Assembly (NCBI GenBank): GCA_963739455.1
Contig: CAVUAK010000001.1
Coordinates: forward strand, 544,001 to 608,000
Origin: an uncultured Gemmatimonadales bacterium
Lineage (GTDB): Bacteria > Gemmatimonadota > Gemmatimonadetes > Gemmatimonadales > GWC2-71-9
Direction: 5' to 3'
DNA: 64,000 nucleotides
This document shows, piece by piece, positions 31,413-42,309 of the stretch. The notes beneath the pieces are model-generated. The model was not told where the DNA came from and made no database searches. It was given only the letters and a program-made list of their open reading frames with translations. The position numbers and the translations under genes are program-made. How positions within the stretch are numbered: position 1 is the stretch's first letter; each line of letters begins with the position of its first letter.

Positions 31413-34400
31413 TTAGAAAGTGAACTCCACGCCGAGCCGTAGCTGCTGTTCCCGGCCCCGTAGAAGAAGGTCGGTGCAGCCTGGTTCGCGTAGTACAGTG
31501 CGTTTGAAGCGTTCAGCTGCTCCGCCAGCGTGTAGATGTGGTCGCCGTTGCCGTAGCGCTCTTCCGCCCGGATCAGGTAGACGCAGTTCGGAACGGACGG
31601 CGTGCGTTGCTCGCGTTGACCCAGTCGCCGCAGCCGCTCGCTGCCGCACCACCGAAGCGTCAGGTTCATCGCGCCGGTGTCCTCGTCGAGGACGCCGTTG
31701 CCAAGGGCTTCGTTCGCAGTTGCGGGTGCTGTCCGCCGAGAAGTTCTGCTGCTGCTCGATCTGGCTCGTGATGCTGTTCGTGACGACGTACTGCTGAATG
31801 CGTGTTCGTGAAGCCAAGGATGTTCCGGGCATCCAGATAGAGGGACATCTGGCTCCGGCCGAGGTTGAAGCCCTTCACGAAGCGCATGTCGAACTGCTTG
31901 AACGTCGGCAGGCGCTGGCTGTTGAGGCCGTTGGTGAAGCCGCCGCGGGCGCAGACCTGGCCCGACAGGGTCGACTGGTTGCCGTCGGCCACACCGCAGG
32001 CCGTGTAGGCCGTGCCGCTGGCGAACCGGAAGAGGGCGAACACCTGGAAGTTCTGGAAGATCGAGCCCACCGTCGAGCCGGAGTGCCACCCGTTCGGGAA
32101 GGTGAGCTGCCAGGCTGCCGATCAGCTGGTGCGGGCGCGACAGCGCGACCGGGGCAATGGCCTGCGGGGGCGGCTGGTTGCCGCCGGTAACCTGGTTCAC
32201 GACCCGCGACCCGAAGTTGATGTAGGTGAACGGGTCCGTGCCGGTGTTGCTGCGCGCTCGTGTAGCTGTACCCGAGCGTGCCGTTGAACAACTGGCCGAA
32301 ACGACGGTTCAACCGCAGGTCGAGACCCTTGGTGTTGCCGAAGTCGGAGTTCGTGATGAGGCGCAGGTCCTGGTTCTGGGTGGTGAGCGGGTCGAACGAG
32401 CTCACCAGTCGGCCGGCCGCGTTCGCGAGGTTGTCGCGGTTGTAGGCCGACACGTCCAGCACCATGTCGTCGTTGAAGGCGTGCTGGATGCCGAACTCGA
32501 AGATGATCGACTTGCCGTAGTCGACGTTCTGGCCATACACGTTGTTCGTGTTGGTGACGCTGATATCGGTGTTGATGCCGCTCAGCGACAGCGCGAAGTC
32601 CGGCGACTGGACCGACTGCGCGTACGAGAGGCGGAAGTTGGTCCGCTCGGTGACCGGGAAGGCCACCTGCACGCGCGGGCTGATGTAGTCGAACGACTCG
32701 TCGGCCACATACAGGTCCGTCGGATCCTCGCCCGGGCTGGAGGCCGGGTTGGTCGAGATACGCGGGAAGCCCGTCCAGCGGCTCGCGTTGGTGTTGAAGT
32801 AGTCGTACCGGATGCCGAGCTGCACCACCACGTCGCCGATGTCGAGACGGTCCTGGATGAATGCGGCGTAGCGGGTCGGCTTCGCCTGCCAGTAGTCGGA
32901 GAACGCCTGGCTGGAGATGAGCGCCGAGTAGCTCGTCATGTCGTACTTGAAGTACTCGCCGCCAACCTGGATACGGTTGTAGCGATCGAGCTGCCAGTCG
33001 AGGGTGGCGTTCGCGACGTACCGGTTCTCCTTGTACAGCTGGAGCCGGGCGCTGTTGAGGCCGCCGTCCGGGAACGTCTGCGCCAGACCGTAGGGGTTGG
33101 AGCGGAACGTGACCTGCGGCTGGTGCGCGTTGACCTCGTCGGCGTTGTTGAGGTCGATGGCGCCGAGGCAGGTCTTCTCGTTACGAATGAAGCAATCGAG
33201 CTTGGTCAGCGTCTGGCCCGCCCACCTCGTACGTCTGGTCGAGGAAGTCGAAGTCGTACTGCAGCGGGATCGGGCTGAAGTAGAAGCCCAGCGTTCCGGT
33301 GCCCGGGCCGCCATCCGCGAACGGGCTCTGGATGAAGCGGTCGGTCTGGTAGGACAGGTTCACGTCGAGTGCCAGGGCGCGCTCAGCCGACTTGGACAGG
33401 TTCTGCGTCCAGTTGGCGGTGTAGACGGCGTTCTGGGCACGGAAACCGGTCTGCCTGGTTCGCGAAGACGCCAGGGTTGAGCTGGTTGAAGTAGTTGAAG
33501 TTCTTCCCCTGGTTCTGGCTGCCGAAGCCGCCGATGCGCAACCGTGAGCCGTTGCCGTAGGAGAAGTTGAGGTTGGCGCCGACCTGCGCCGCCGAGAAGC
33601 TGGCGTTCGGGAGCCGCGCACCATTGCAGCCCTGGCCGTTGTTGTCGGCGATGGCGGCGTTGGTGCTGCCGTTGAACGTGTCGCAGCTACCGGTGTAGAT
33701 CGAGTACTGGTTGACGTCCACCTGCGAGAAGCTGCCGTCAGCATTCTCGTTGGTGACCGTCGTGTCCACGCCCGACGTGACGAAGACTGGCGCGTCCTGC
33801 CGGCCCTTGCCCGACCGGACGGACTCGTTGCCCTCGCCGACGAGGTTGACGTTGAACGTCAGCCCCTTGAGAATGAGCGGTCCGCTCAGGGTGCCCTCGA
33901 ACCGGTTGTAGCCCATGCCGATCGTCTTGCCGAACACTTCGTCGGTCTCGGCGCGCAACTGGCCGGCAAACTTGCTGCCGCCTGTGCGCGACGTGATGTT
34001 GACGATACCGGCCTGTGCGTTGCCGTACTGTGCCGCCGCGGCGCCCGTCGTGACCGAGACTTCCTCGAAGCCGTTGGTCGCGAAGGCAACGCCCGACGTG
34101 CTCACGCCGCCGCCGTCGTTGGCCGCGTTGGAGGCGTTGGTACCGGCCGACACGAAGCCGTTGCCACGGTTGCCCGGCTGGACCGAGACGCCGTCGACGT
34201 AGAACGCCGCTTCGTCGTTACGGCCGCCGCGAATGGAGATGGCGGACCCGTTGGCGCCTTCCGCCACGACACCCGGCTGCAGCTGCAGCACCTGGCCGAC
34301 GCGGTCAACCGGCAGGTTCTCCGTGAACTCGCCGTCGATGCGCTGCTTCGTCGTGACCTCGTCGCGCGGCACCAGGGCGTTTGCGGCCGTGGTCACCGTC

Positions 34401-34765
34401 AGCGAGTCGAGTACGACGGTCGACTTCTCGAGCTGGATGTCCTGCGAGATGGTCTGTCCAGCGAGGATCTTGATGCCCTCGACCTCGGACTTCTTGAAGC
34501 CGATGAAGGCGCCGCGAATCGCGACAGTGCCGGCAGGAATGTTGTTGATGAAGTAGTAGCCCTGAGCATTTGTGAGCGCACTGAATGCGGTGCCCACAAT
34601 GAACACCTGGGCGCTCTGGATCGGCGCACCCGCCTGATCCCGCACTCTGCCTTCGAGCTTACCAGTCTGTGCCGCTAGCGCACCGGCGCTGGCGAACAAC
34701 AGCACTGCCGACAACGCGAACCGTCTCGCGAGTCGGACGAAGGCGCTGACTCCGCTTTGTGTCAT
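31413..34765 (-). CDS. TonB-dependent receptor (about 1100 aa) with several frameshifts
   Basis: Signal peptide LAA|Q; carboxypeptidase-regulatory-like N-domain; plug IRGGRNDEAAFYVDG...AQYGNAQAGIVNI; barrel AAFIQDRLD, LGIRYDYF, ISPRV; ends LRLGVEFTF; AGGAGG RBS. Confidence 0.85.
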
Positions 34766-34983
34766 AGAAGCCTTCCTCCTGGGCGTAAACCGCGCTGCTA
34801 AAACCTTCATCAATGCGATCACCGCTGGAGCGGGCGCTCCGGAGCATTCGTTATGGCACACGAATACGCCTCAGCGGCGCACTGCGCTGCCTCGCGCTAG
34901 CGCGCGAAGCGTTCATCCTTGGGTCGAGAGACTGCATGGGGTTGTGCAACGGAACTCCGTCCTGGCCGGGACGGCGCGAGACA

Positions 34984-35012
34984 AGTATGAAGCGCGGTAC
35001 CGTCGGTGTCAA
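34984..35012 (-). promoter_or_regulatory. Near-consensus sigma70 promoter for the TBDR-CTD protein-PorV operon
   Basis: Minus strand TTGACA-N17-CATACT, about 220 bp upstream of the receptor ATG. Confidence 0.6.
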
Positions 35013-35122
35013 GCAACCGTGAACCGGGCGTAACCTTCCGGTGACCGTCCGTAACTGCCTGAAACACCTGCGGATACCCGGAAAGTGACGTTAAGGAACG
35101 TGACAACGCCACCCACCGCCCC

Positions 35123-36300
35123 CTAGGCCCCGGTAATCAGCTCCCGCTGGGGGCTCCCGGGAGTCACGAACGCCTCACCGGGAGTGAGGTACATGTTCAC
35201 CTCGCTGCGCACCCCGAACTCGACCGGCCAGGTAGACGCCCGGCTCCACCGAAAAGCCAGTGCCCGTCAGGAGTTGGCGGTCATCATGGGTCTCGTAGTC
35301 GTCCAGGTGAGGACCCGACCCGTGAAGACGGTGGTCGATTGAGTGCCCCGTTCGGTGGACGAACGCATCGCCAAAGCCGGCTGCGGTGATCACCCCGCGG
35401 GACACCCGATCCACCTCGAATCCCCTGAATGGACCGTCCCGCTGACCATCCCGACTGCACGAACTCGATCGCTGCATCCCTCGCGTCGCGCACCACCTCC
35501 CACACCTTCCGCACATCGGCCGGCGGCCTCGACCCGCTGAAGCCCATCCAGGTCTGGTCTGCGTATACCGCCCCCCAGTGACGACCGCCCCAGAGATCGA
35601 GCAGCACCACCTCGTTCACTGCGAGCGTCCGATCGGCGCCTGCGAGCGGTTCATAGTGCGGGTTGGCGGCGTTCGGTCCGAACCCGACGATGGGCGGATG
35701 ATCGAAGACAAGCCCCCCGGCGTGGAGTGCATCGACCACTTCGCGCTGGAGCGCACTCTCGGTCAGTCCCGTCCCACCCGCCACGACCGCGCGCCGCAGT
35801 GCGGCCTGCGCGACCTGCGCCAGTACATCGGCGGCGGCGAGATGTTCGGTGAGATCTCCAGCACTCCACGTTGAAGCGAAGCGCGTCACCAGCGCTGCCG
35901 AGGGCAGGACGGTCGCACCGAGCTTGCCCAGCAGCTGCACCACGCCACTTGGCACCCGGTCGAGATAGGGCACCGCATCGTCCTCCGCGACCTCCATCGC
36001 GACACGCTTCCCTGCTACCACACTGCGGAGGGCGGCATGCAGTTCCTCCCACCGTGAATACGGGAGAATGCGCCCGGGAAATCCTGCCACCGACTGCAGC
36101 TCGATCCGGTGTGCCACGGCAACCGGCTCGCCAGCGCGTGGGAGGTAGACGAACAGCCGCCGACTGCCCATGCCGGTGATGCCGAGCACCTGACCCAGGA
36201 CGGGGTTCACGCCCTGGAAATCGTAGAGCAGCCAGCCATCAGCGCCCGCCACCTCGAGCGCGGCCGCCAGCGCCACCGGATCGGGAGTGGACAGGGTCAC
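35123..36300 (-). CDS. Xaa-Pro aminopeptidase-like M24 peptidase (frameshifts near 35430 and 35225)
   Basis: DGWLLYDF, NAANPHYEP, LLDLWG, YADQTW, HRTGHSID, FSVEPGVYL, FGVRSEVN. Confidence 0.85.
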
Positions 36301-36926
36301 CGGTAACCCTCTGCGTCAGCCCAATGCCAGACGCACACTGCATCTCCCCGAGCGGCGCAGCGGTCGTGGGTCATTGCGCCCTCCATTCCTGCAAGGAGGC
36401 GGAGTAGTTCAGCGAGCATGGATCCGATGAAACCGCAGGCCTCGCCGTCGGGCATGGCTGCAATGGTAAGCGATTCTGTCACACGAGCTTCCACCGCGCG
36501 GCCGGCGCCACGGAGCTCGATGCCAAGGGTCCGAGCGGCCGCCCGTGCTGCCGTGCGAAATCCGACCTTGCGACTCATGCCGCCCGGGGCCACGCGGATC
36601 AGTGTACGGGCACCCCGACCGGCCGCCTTGGCGGCATGGCGGGCGGCGCGACGGCCGGCATCGGCGAACGCCAGCTGGGCGTCGGCCCGCCGCCCCACCA
36701 GCCGCAGCACCCCCAGGGCCTCGTCACGCGGTACCTCGTCCCCGTGCTCGACTGCTTCCTCGTATCGCTCGATCTGGGCAGCCACGGTGTCGCTCAGGCC
36801 AAAACGCTTCGCCACCATCTCACTGGCGAGCTCCTCGAGCCCATCGTCGAGGGGGGCGTCGAGGTTTCGCAGCGCCTGCAGTAGGCTGAGCGGAATCAGG
36901 GCGGGAACGGTAGATCGTGCTGTCAT
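36297..36926 (-). CDS. Hypothetical protein with V4R-like C-terminal domain
   Basis: ACGFIGSMLAELL...HDRCAARGDAVCVW three-Cys pattern typical of V4R; stop overlaps the M24 start. Confidence 0.6.
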   Translation of the reverse strand: MTARSTVPALIPLSLLQALRNLDAPLDDGLEELASEMVAKRFGLSDTVAAQIERYEEAVEHGDEVPRDEALGVLRLVGRRADAQLAFADAGRRAARHAAKAAGRGARTLIRVAPGGMSRKVGFRTAARAAARTLGIELRGAGRAVEARVTESLTIAAMPDGEACGFIGSMLAELLRLLAGMEGAMTHDRCAARGDAVCVWHWADAEGYR

Positions 36927-37013
36927 GTGATGGCGATCACAAAGTAATCGACGGCCACCCCCGCACTCTAGGGGTGCTTGCGCCGGGGCGTGGACCACGG
37001 GGACATTGGCCTC

Positions 37014-37802
37014 ATGGGGCCCGGTCCGCTGGTATCGGCGCTGGTAGCAGTGCTGCTCTCGACCGGTGGCTGGGCCGCGAAAGCCCTCACCGGCGGGGGA
37101 GCGGCAACCGCGACGCTCGTGGGGGTCGCCCTCCTGAACGGGGCCGGATGGCCCGGCGCGGCGGTACTCGGTGCATTCTTCATCCTGAGTAGCGCCGTTG
37201 GCCGTCTTGGGATGGCCGGGAGCAGCTCGTCTGGGGATCCCAAGGGGGAACAGCGCGATGCCTGGCAGGTCCTGGCGAACGGCGGTTTTGCCGCACTGGG
37301 CGCGGTGCTCGCCCGCGGCAACCCGAGCCTCGCCCTCTGGGTGATCACCGGAAGCCTGGCGTCGGCGGGAGCGGACACCTGGGCCACCGCGATCGGCGCT
37401 CGAAGCCCCACTCCCCCGCGCCGCCTGCTTTTCGGGCACCGGGTCGACCCTGGCAGCAACGGGGGTATGACACTGACAGGCACCGCCGGCGCCATCGTCG
37501 GCGCCGCCCTCATCAGCGCCGCAGGCGCGGTCACTGCCTCCCTGCCGCGGCTGGTGCTGTGGGGCACGGTGATTGGAGTGGCGGGAATGACGCTCGACTC
37601 CGTACTCGGAGCCACGCTGCAGGGAAGATTCCATTGCCCGTCATGCAACGTCGAGAGCGAATGGAGCGTGCACCGGTGCGGCAACCGGACGACGCGCACC
37701 GGAGGCATGGCATGGCTTACCAACGATGGGGTGAACGCAGTGACCACCGCCGCCGGTGCCCTGGCCGGCTGGCTGGCCTGGCGCTGCTGTGCGCAAGCCT
37801 GA
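37014..37802 (+). CDS. DUF92/TMEM19 membrane protein
   Basis: FFILSSAV, RDAWQVLANGG, ADTWATAIG, G.NGGMTLTG, DSVLGATLQ, NDGVN. Confidence 0.85.
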   Translation: MGPGPLVSALVAVLLSTGGWAAKALTGGGAATATLVGVALLNGAGWPGAAVLGAFFILSSAVGRLGMAGSSSSGDPKGEQRDAWQVLANGGFAALGAVLARGNPSLALWVITGSLASAGADTWATAIGARSPTPPRRLLFGHRVDPGSNGGMTLTGTAGAIVGAALISAAGAVTASLPRLVLWGTVIGVAGMTLDSVLGATLQGRFHCPSCNVESEWSVHRCGNRTTRTGGMAWLTNDGVNAVTTAAGALAGWLAWRCCAQA

Positions 37803-38209
37803 CTGCCGGCTGCGATGGCGGCGCGCCGGTTGACCCCGGGACGGTACCGACCGTGGGCACCAATCCCGCCACGTCCGGCGGCGACGGCACGACTGGCGCA
37901 GCTGCCGCCTCCCTGATGGGAACCTGGGAAAACGTCTGGATCGAGAACCTGCCCACGGACCTTCAGCGCATCACGACGCGGTGGCGCTTCCTCCCCGGCG
38001 GGGCCTGTTCGCGGGAGGTCGCGACCTTCAGCGTCGTGGCCGACCAGACCCTGGTGACGCTGCGGGGCTGCACCTTCAGGACCGACAGCAGGCTGGTCTA
38101 CGTGCGGTACGAGGACGCAAGCGCCGAAGTGAGCTTCAGCCTCGGCAACGTGAATTTCGACCCGCGCCGGCTCCTCCTCGATGGCATCGAGTTTGTCCGG
38201 ATCGACTGA
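37712..38209 (+). CDS. Hypothetical lipoprotein (start uncertain, overlaps the DUF92 end)
   Basis: RLAGLALLCASLTAG|C lipobox followed by lipocalin-like LMGTW...; part of ORF 37559-38209. Confidence 0.5.
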   Translation: MAYQRWGERSDHRRRCPGRLAGLALLCASLTAGCDGGAPVDPGTVPTVGTNPATSGGDGTTGAAAASLMGTWENVWIENLPTDLQRITTRWRFLPGGACSREVATFSVVADQTLVTLRGCTFRTDSRLVYVRYEDASAEVSFSLGNVNFDPRRLLLDGIEFVRID

Positions 38210-39400
38210 GCGCGTCGCCGACGCACTCGTGATTGGCGCCGGTCCCGCCGGCAGTGCCACCGCATCCCTCCTCGCCGAGGCGGGGTGGCACGTCGTCATG
38301 ATCGACCGGGCGGCGTTCCCTCGCGAGAAAGCCTGTTCCGAGTACATGAGCCCCGAGACGGTCCGCATGCTCGACCGACTCGGCGTCACGGCCGGGCTGT
38401 GCTCGGCAGGTGCCGCCACACTCAGCGGGTCGAGTGTCACCGCGGCACGCGGTGCGAACGCTGGTGGGCCGCTTCCCCGAGGGACGCGGACTGTCCATCG
38501 CGCGCCGCGAGCTCGACCACGCGCTGGTGGGCGCCGCGCGGGCGCGCGGCGTCGACGGTACTCGAGTCCACGTCGCTCGAGCGCCTGACCATGGATGGTG
38601 ACCGCGTCAGCGGTGCAGTCATTCGCGGACGCGACGGGGAACTCCGGGAGGTGCGGGCACTCGCTCACCGTCGGCGCAGACGGACTCCGATCGCGGGTGG
38701 CGCGCGCACTCGGTGGACAGCACCTCGGGTGGCCGGCACGCGTGGCGTTCGTGGCGCATGTCGCGGGCGTACGCGCCATGGCCGACCGCGCCGAGATGCA
38801 TGTGAGCGGCCAGGGATACGTCGGCCTCAACGCCATCGGCGGCGGCATCACCAACGTGGCCCTGGTGGTGCCGCAGGCGACGGGCCGCGCTGGCTGCGGG
38901 CCGGGTCGAGGCATATTTCATGGAGGAGCTGGATCGCTTTCCCCGGCGTGCGTGGCCGGGTGCAGGTACAGGACATCGTGCGTGAAGTGCTCGTCACCGG
39001 GCCATTCGCCGCACGCGCGCGTCACGTCACCGCGCCGGGCGCCGTCCTGGTCGGCGATGCCGCCGATTTCTTCGACCCGTTCACGGGCGAGGGAATTCGC
39101 GCCGCGCTGGCCGGCGCCGAACTGGTGGCGCAGGCGATGGCAGGCGCGCGGGGAGACCATCGCGCCATCGACGGGGCGCTGCACCACTATCGCCGCGCGC
39201 GGCGACGGCACTTCGCGGGCAAGTGGGCGGTGGAGCGGCTCATTGGCTATGCGATGACCGTGCCCGGACTCTTCGACCACGCTGTTGCACGCATCGGCCG
39301 CCGGCGCGGCATGGCAGACACCCTGGTGGGTGTCACCGGCGCCGTGCTGCCCGCCCGTGCCGTCCTCAACCCGCTCTTCCTCGCGCGGATGGTCCTGTGA
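38181..39400 (+). CDS. FAD-dependent oxidoreductase (geranylgeranyl reductase / aromatic hydroxylase-like), frameshifted
   Basis: VIGAGPAGS, FPREKACSEY, VGADGLRSRVA, LVGDAADFFDPFTGEGI. Confidence 0.8.
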
Positions 39401-39880
39401 GCCAGAACTCCGTTGATCAGGCGCAGTTTCGCCAGTTGCTCGGCCGGTTCGCCACTGGCGTGGCCGTCGTCACGGCCCGTGATGCCGACGGCCGTCCCCA
39501 TGGCATGACCGCCAACAGCCTCGCGTCGGTCTCGCTCGAGCCGCCGCTGGTGCTGCTGTCGATCGACCACGAGGCGTCGATGCATCGCCTGCTCATGACG
39601 GCCCCGGCATTCGCGGTCAACATCCTGTCCAGCAACCAGGAAACAGTGAGCCGGCGATTCGCCGTCGATCGCGAGGAGCGGTTCGAGGGCATCGGCTATC
39701 AGGAGAGTCCGCGCGGGTTGATCCTCCTGGACGGTGCACTCGCCCACCTGGAGTGCGAGCGCACCGCCACGCACGAGGCCGGTGACCACACCATCCTGGT
39801 GGGACGGGTGGTGGCGGGGAACTGCGCTGGACGGGCGCCCGCTCTGCTACTTCCGCGGCGGTTACGCGTCGCTCGCCTGA
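39397..39880 (+). CDS. Flavin reductase (HpaC-like), frameshift near 39830
   Basis: FRQLLGRFATGVAVVT, GMTANSLASVSLEPPL, AGDHTILVGRV, PLCYFRGGY. Confidence 0.85.
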
Positions 39881-39883
39881 CCG

Positions 39884-40572
39884 ATGGCCACCTTGACGCT
39901 CTCGCCGATCGGGCACGAACTGCTCGACGACCCCGGTGCCGATCCCGCGATCGTCACCGAGTCGTTCCGCAACCTGGCCCGTTCGAACTGGTGGTTCGGC
40001 GGGGCGGCGGCAGTGCACTTCGGCCTGGCACAGCTGATTCACGGGGGCGGCGACACACCCTCACGCTGCTCGATGTGGGGACCGGCGTGGGTGACCTGCC
40101 ACGCCGGGCCGCGCGCTGGGCCGCTCGGCGCGGCGTGCGACTCACCGGGATCGGGCTCGAGCGAAGCCGGGTGGCGGCCGCGCTCGCGCAGCGGGGCGGA
40201 CTGCCAAGCGTCGTGGGCTGTGCCGGCGCACTCCCGTTCCGCGAGCGGAGCGCAGACGTCGTGATGATGAGCCAGCTGATCCATCACCTGTCGCGCGATG
40301 CGGCGGTGGAGGTCATCCGGGCGGCAGATCGCATCGCGCGTGTCGGCGTCGTGCTGGCCGACCTTCGGCGCAGTGCACTGGCGGCGACCGGGTTTCACTT
40401 CGCGTCAGCGTTGCTCCGTTTCGATCCCGCGACCAGGGCCGATGGAGTCACCTCGGTGCGGCGGGGGTATCTGCCCCATGAGCTCTCGGCGATCCTGCGC
40501 GACGCCGGTGTGACCGCAAGGGTGCACCGTCGGCCCGGGTTCCGCCTCGTGGCGGCCTGGCGCACCACCTGA
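39884..40572 (+). CDS. SAM-dependent methyltransferase, frameshift near 40050
   Basis: ELLDDP..D......L.R.N.WFGG N-terminus; LLDVGTGVGDLP motif I; HHL; DLRRS; DG..SVRRGY. Confidence 0.8.
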
Positions 40573-41052
40573 TGCGCACGGTCGACCGCGCCATCTTCCG
40601 CTCCCCGATCGACGACGCCTTCCGCGCCGCCTCCGACGTGGAACGGTGGCCCGAACTGCTGTCGCACTATCGCTGGGTGCGCTTCCTGGAGCGGCGACCA
40701 GATGGCGGGCGTGGTGGAGATGTCCGCCAACCGGCCATTCGGTCCGCTCAACTGGCCCACCTGGTGGGTCTCCGAGATGTGGATCGAGCCGGCCCGCCGC
40801 GCCGTGCGCTACCGCCACGTCCGCGGCGTCACGAGCGGCATGGACGTCGAGTGGACCCTGCAGGACACCGCCCAGGGCGTGGATGTCTCGATCGTGCACG
40901 AATGGAGCGGACCGCCATGGCCGCTCATCCGCCGACCGGCCGCGGAGTGGGTGATCGGACCGGTGTTCGTGCATGGCATCGCGAGCCGGACGCTCGCGGG
41001 TCTCAAGCGGGCAGTGGAAGGCGGGAAAACGGCAGTGAAAGGATCGATGTGA
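40572..41052 (+). CDS. SRPBCC / polyketide cyclase-aromatase-like protein, frameshift near 40705
   Basis: ASDVERWPELLSHY, RYRHVRGVTSGMDVEW, C-terminal helix TLAGLKRAVE. Confidence 0.75.
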
Positions 41053-42296
41053 AGCCCAGGCGAGTTGTCATTACGGGAATCGGCGTCGTGACGCCCATCG
41101 GCACGGGACGAGACGAATTCTGGAGTGGCTTGCAGGACCAGGTCTCGAGGGTCGGGCCCATCACCCGCTTCGACCCATCCCCCTTCCGCACCCGGATGGC
41201 CGGCGAGGTGCCCGACTTCCGGCCCGCCGATCACATCGAGGCGCGGCGGGTGCGCCGGTTCGACCGCTTCGCGCAGTTCGGCGTCGCCGCCACACGCCTG
41301 GCGCTCGCGGACGCCGCGATCGACCTGGCGAAGGAAGACAGCGAGCGCATCGGCTCGAGCATGGGCACGGCGCTCGCCGGGGTGGCCCGCGCCGAGGAGG
41401 AGCACGGCAACTACATGCGCGGCGGGCTCCGCGCGGTGGATCCCTCACTCGCGCTGGCGGTGTTCGGCGGCGCCGCGAGCTGCAACGTGGCAATCGAGTT
41501 CGGGCTTTCGGGCCCCAATACCACGAACGGCATGAGCTGCGCGTCGGGCACGATGGCCATCGGCGACGGGTTCCGCGCGATTGCCCGTGGCGACGCCGAC
41601 GTGATGGTGAGCGGCGGCACCGAGGCGCCGCTGGCGCCGCTCTGCTTCGGGGCCTTCGCCGTCATTCGCGCGATGTCCACCCGGAACGATGACCCGACCA
41701 GCGCCAGCCGTCCGTTCGATCGCGAGCGGGACGGATTCGTCATGGCCGAGGGCGCAGCGGTGCTGGTGCTCGAGGAGCGCGAGCGGGCGCTGGCGCGCGG
41801 CGCCAATGTCTATGCGGAGATCTGCGGCTACGGGGTCACCAATGACGCACACCACATGACGCAGCCGCGTCCCGACGGGCGCCAGGCGGCGCGCGCCATG
41901 TCGCTCGCGCTGGCCGAGGCCCACGTGGTGGCCCGCGAGATCGGTTACATCAACGCACATGGCTCATCCACGCCGCTCAACGACCCGACCGAGACCAGCG
42001 CCATCAAGCAGGTGTTCGCGGAGCACGCGAAGCAGGTCGCGATCAGCGGAACCAAGGGGTACTACGGCCACGCCCTCGGGGCGAGCGGCGCGTTCGAGGC
42101 GGCGATCTGCGCCCTGGCGAGCCAGCATCGCTGGCTGCCACCCACGGTGAACCTCACGACACCCGATCCGGCGTGCGACCTGTCATACATCGCCGGGGAC
42201 GGCCTGGTCGCCGACCCGGAATACCTGCTCAGCAACTCATTCGGCTTTGGGGGGATCAATGCCGCGATTGTATTCCGGCGGCATGACGGCAGGTGA
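41049..42296 (+). CDS. Beta-ketoacyl-ACP synthase, FabF-like
   Basis: RRVVITGIGVVTPIG; catalytic Cys in MSCASG; His in NAHGSST and GHALGASG; SNSFGFGGIN. Confidence 0.9.
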   Translation: MKPRRVVITGIGVVTPIGTGRDEFWSGLQDQVSRVGPITRFDPSPFRTRMAGEVPDFRPADHIEARRVRRFDRFAQFGVAATRLALADAAIDLAKEDSERIGSSMGTALAGVARAEEEHGNYMRGGLRAVDPSLALAVFGGAASCNVAIEFGLSGPNTTNGMSCASGTMAIGDGFRAIARGDADVMVSGGTEAPLAPLCFGAFAVIRAMSTRNDDPTSASRPFDRERDGFVMAEGAAVLVLEERERALARGANVYAEICGYGVTNDAHHMTQPRPDGRQAARAMSLALAEAHVVAREIGYINAHGSSTPLNDPTETSAIKQVFAEHAKQVAISGTKGYYGHALGASGAFEAAICALASQHRWLPPTVNLTTPDPACDLSYIAGDGLVADPEYLLSNSFGFGGINAAIVFRRHDGR

Positions 42297-42309
42297 CGGA
42301 ACTGCGTAG

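Noticed and set aside
38181..39400. Flavin-dependent halogenase, suggested by the neighbouring flavin reductase
   Set aside because: No WxWxIP motif (the equivalent region reads GYVGLNAI); it fits reductase or hydroxylase families better.
9682..41052. Many frameshifts (sprA, comEA, M28, lptG, TBDR, M24, KS-cluster genes) read as pseudogenes or programmed frameshifting
   Set aside because: They are isolated single-base indels with intact motifs on both sides, they hit normally essential genes such as lptG, and I saw no shared slippery motif. Long-read or low-coverage assembly error is more likely; read polishing would decide.
39223..42296. Apparent flavin reductase-methyltransferase (449 aa) and cyclase-KS (574 aa) fusions
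   Set aside because: Each crosses a frameshift; separate stops and starts are visible at 39880/39884 and 41052/41049.
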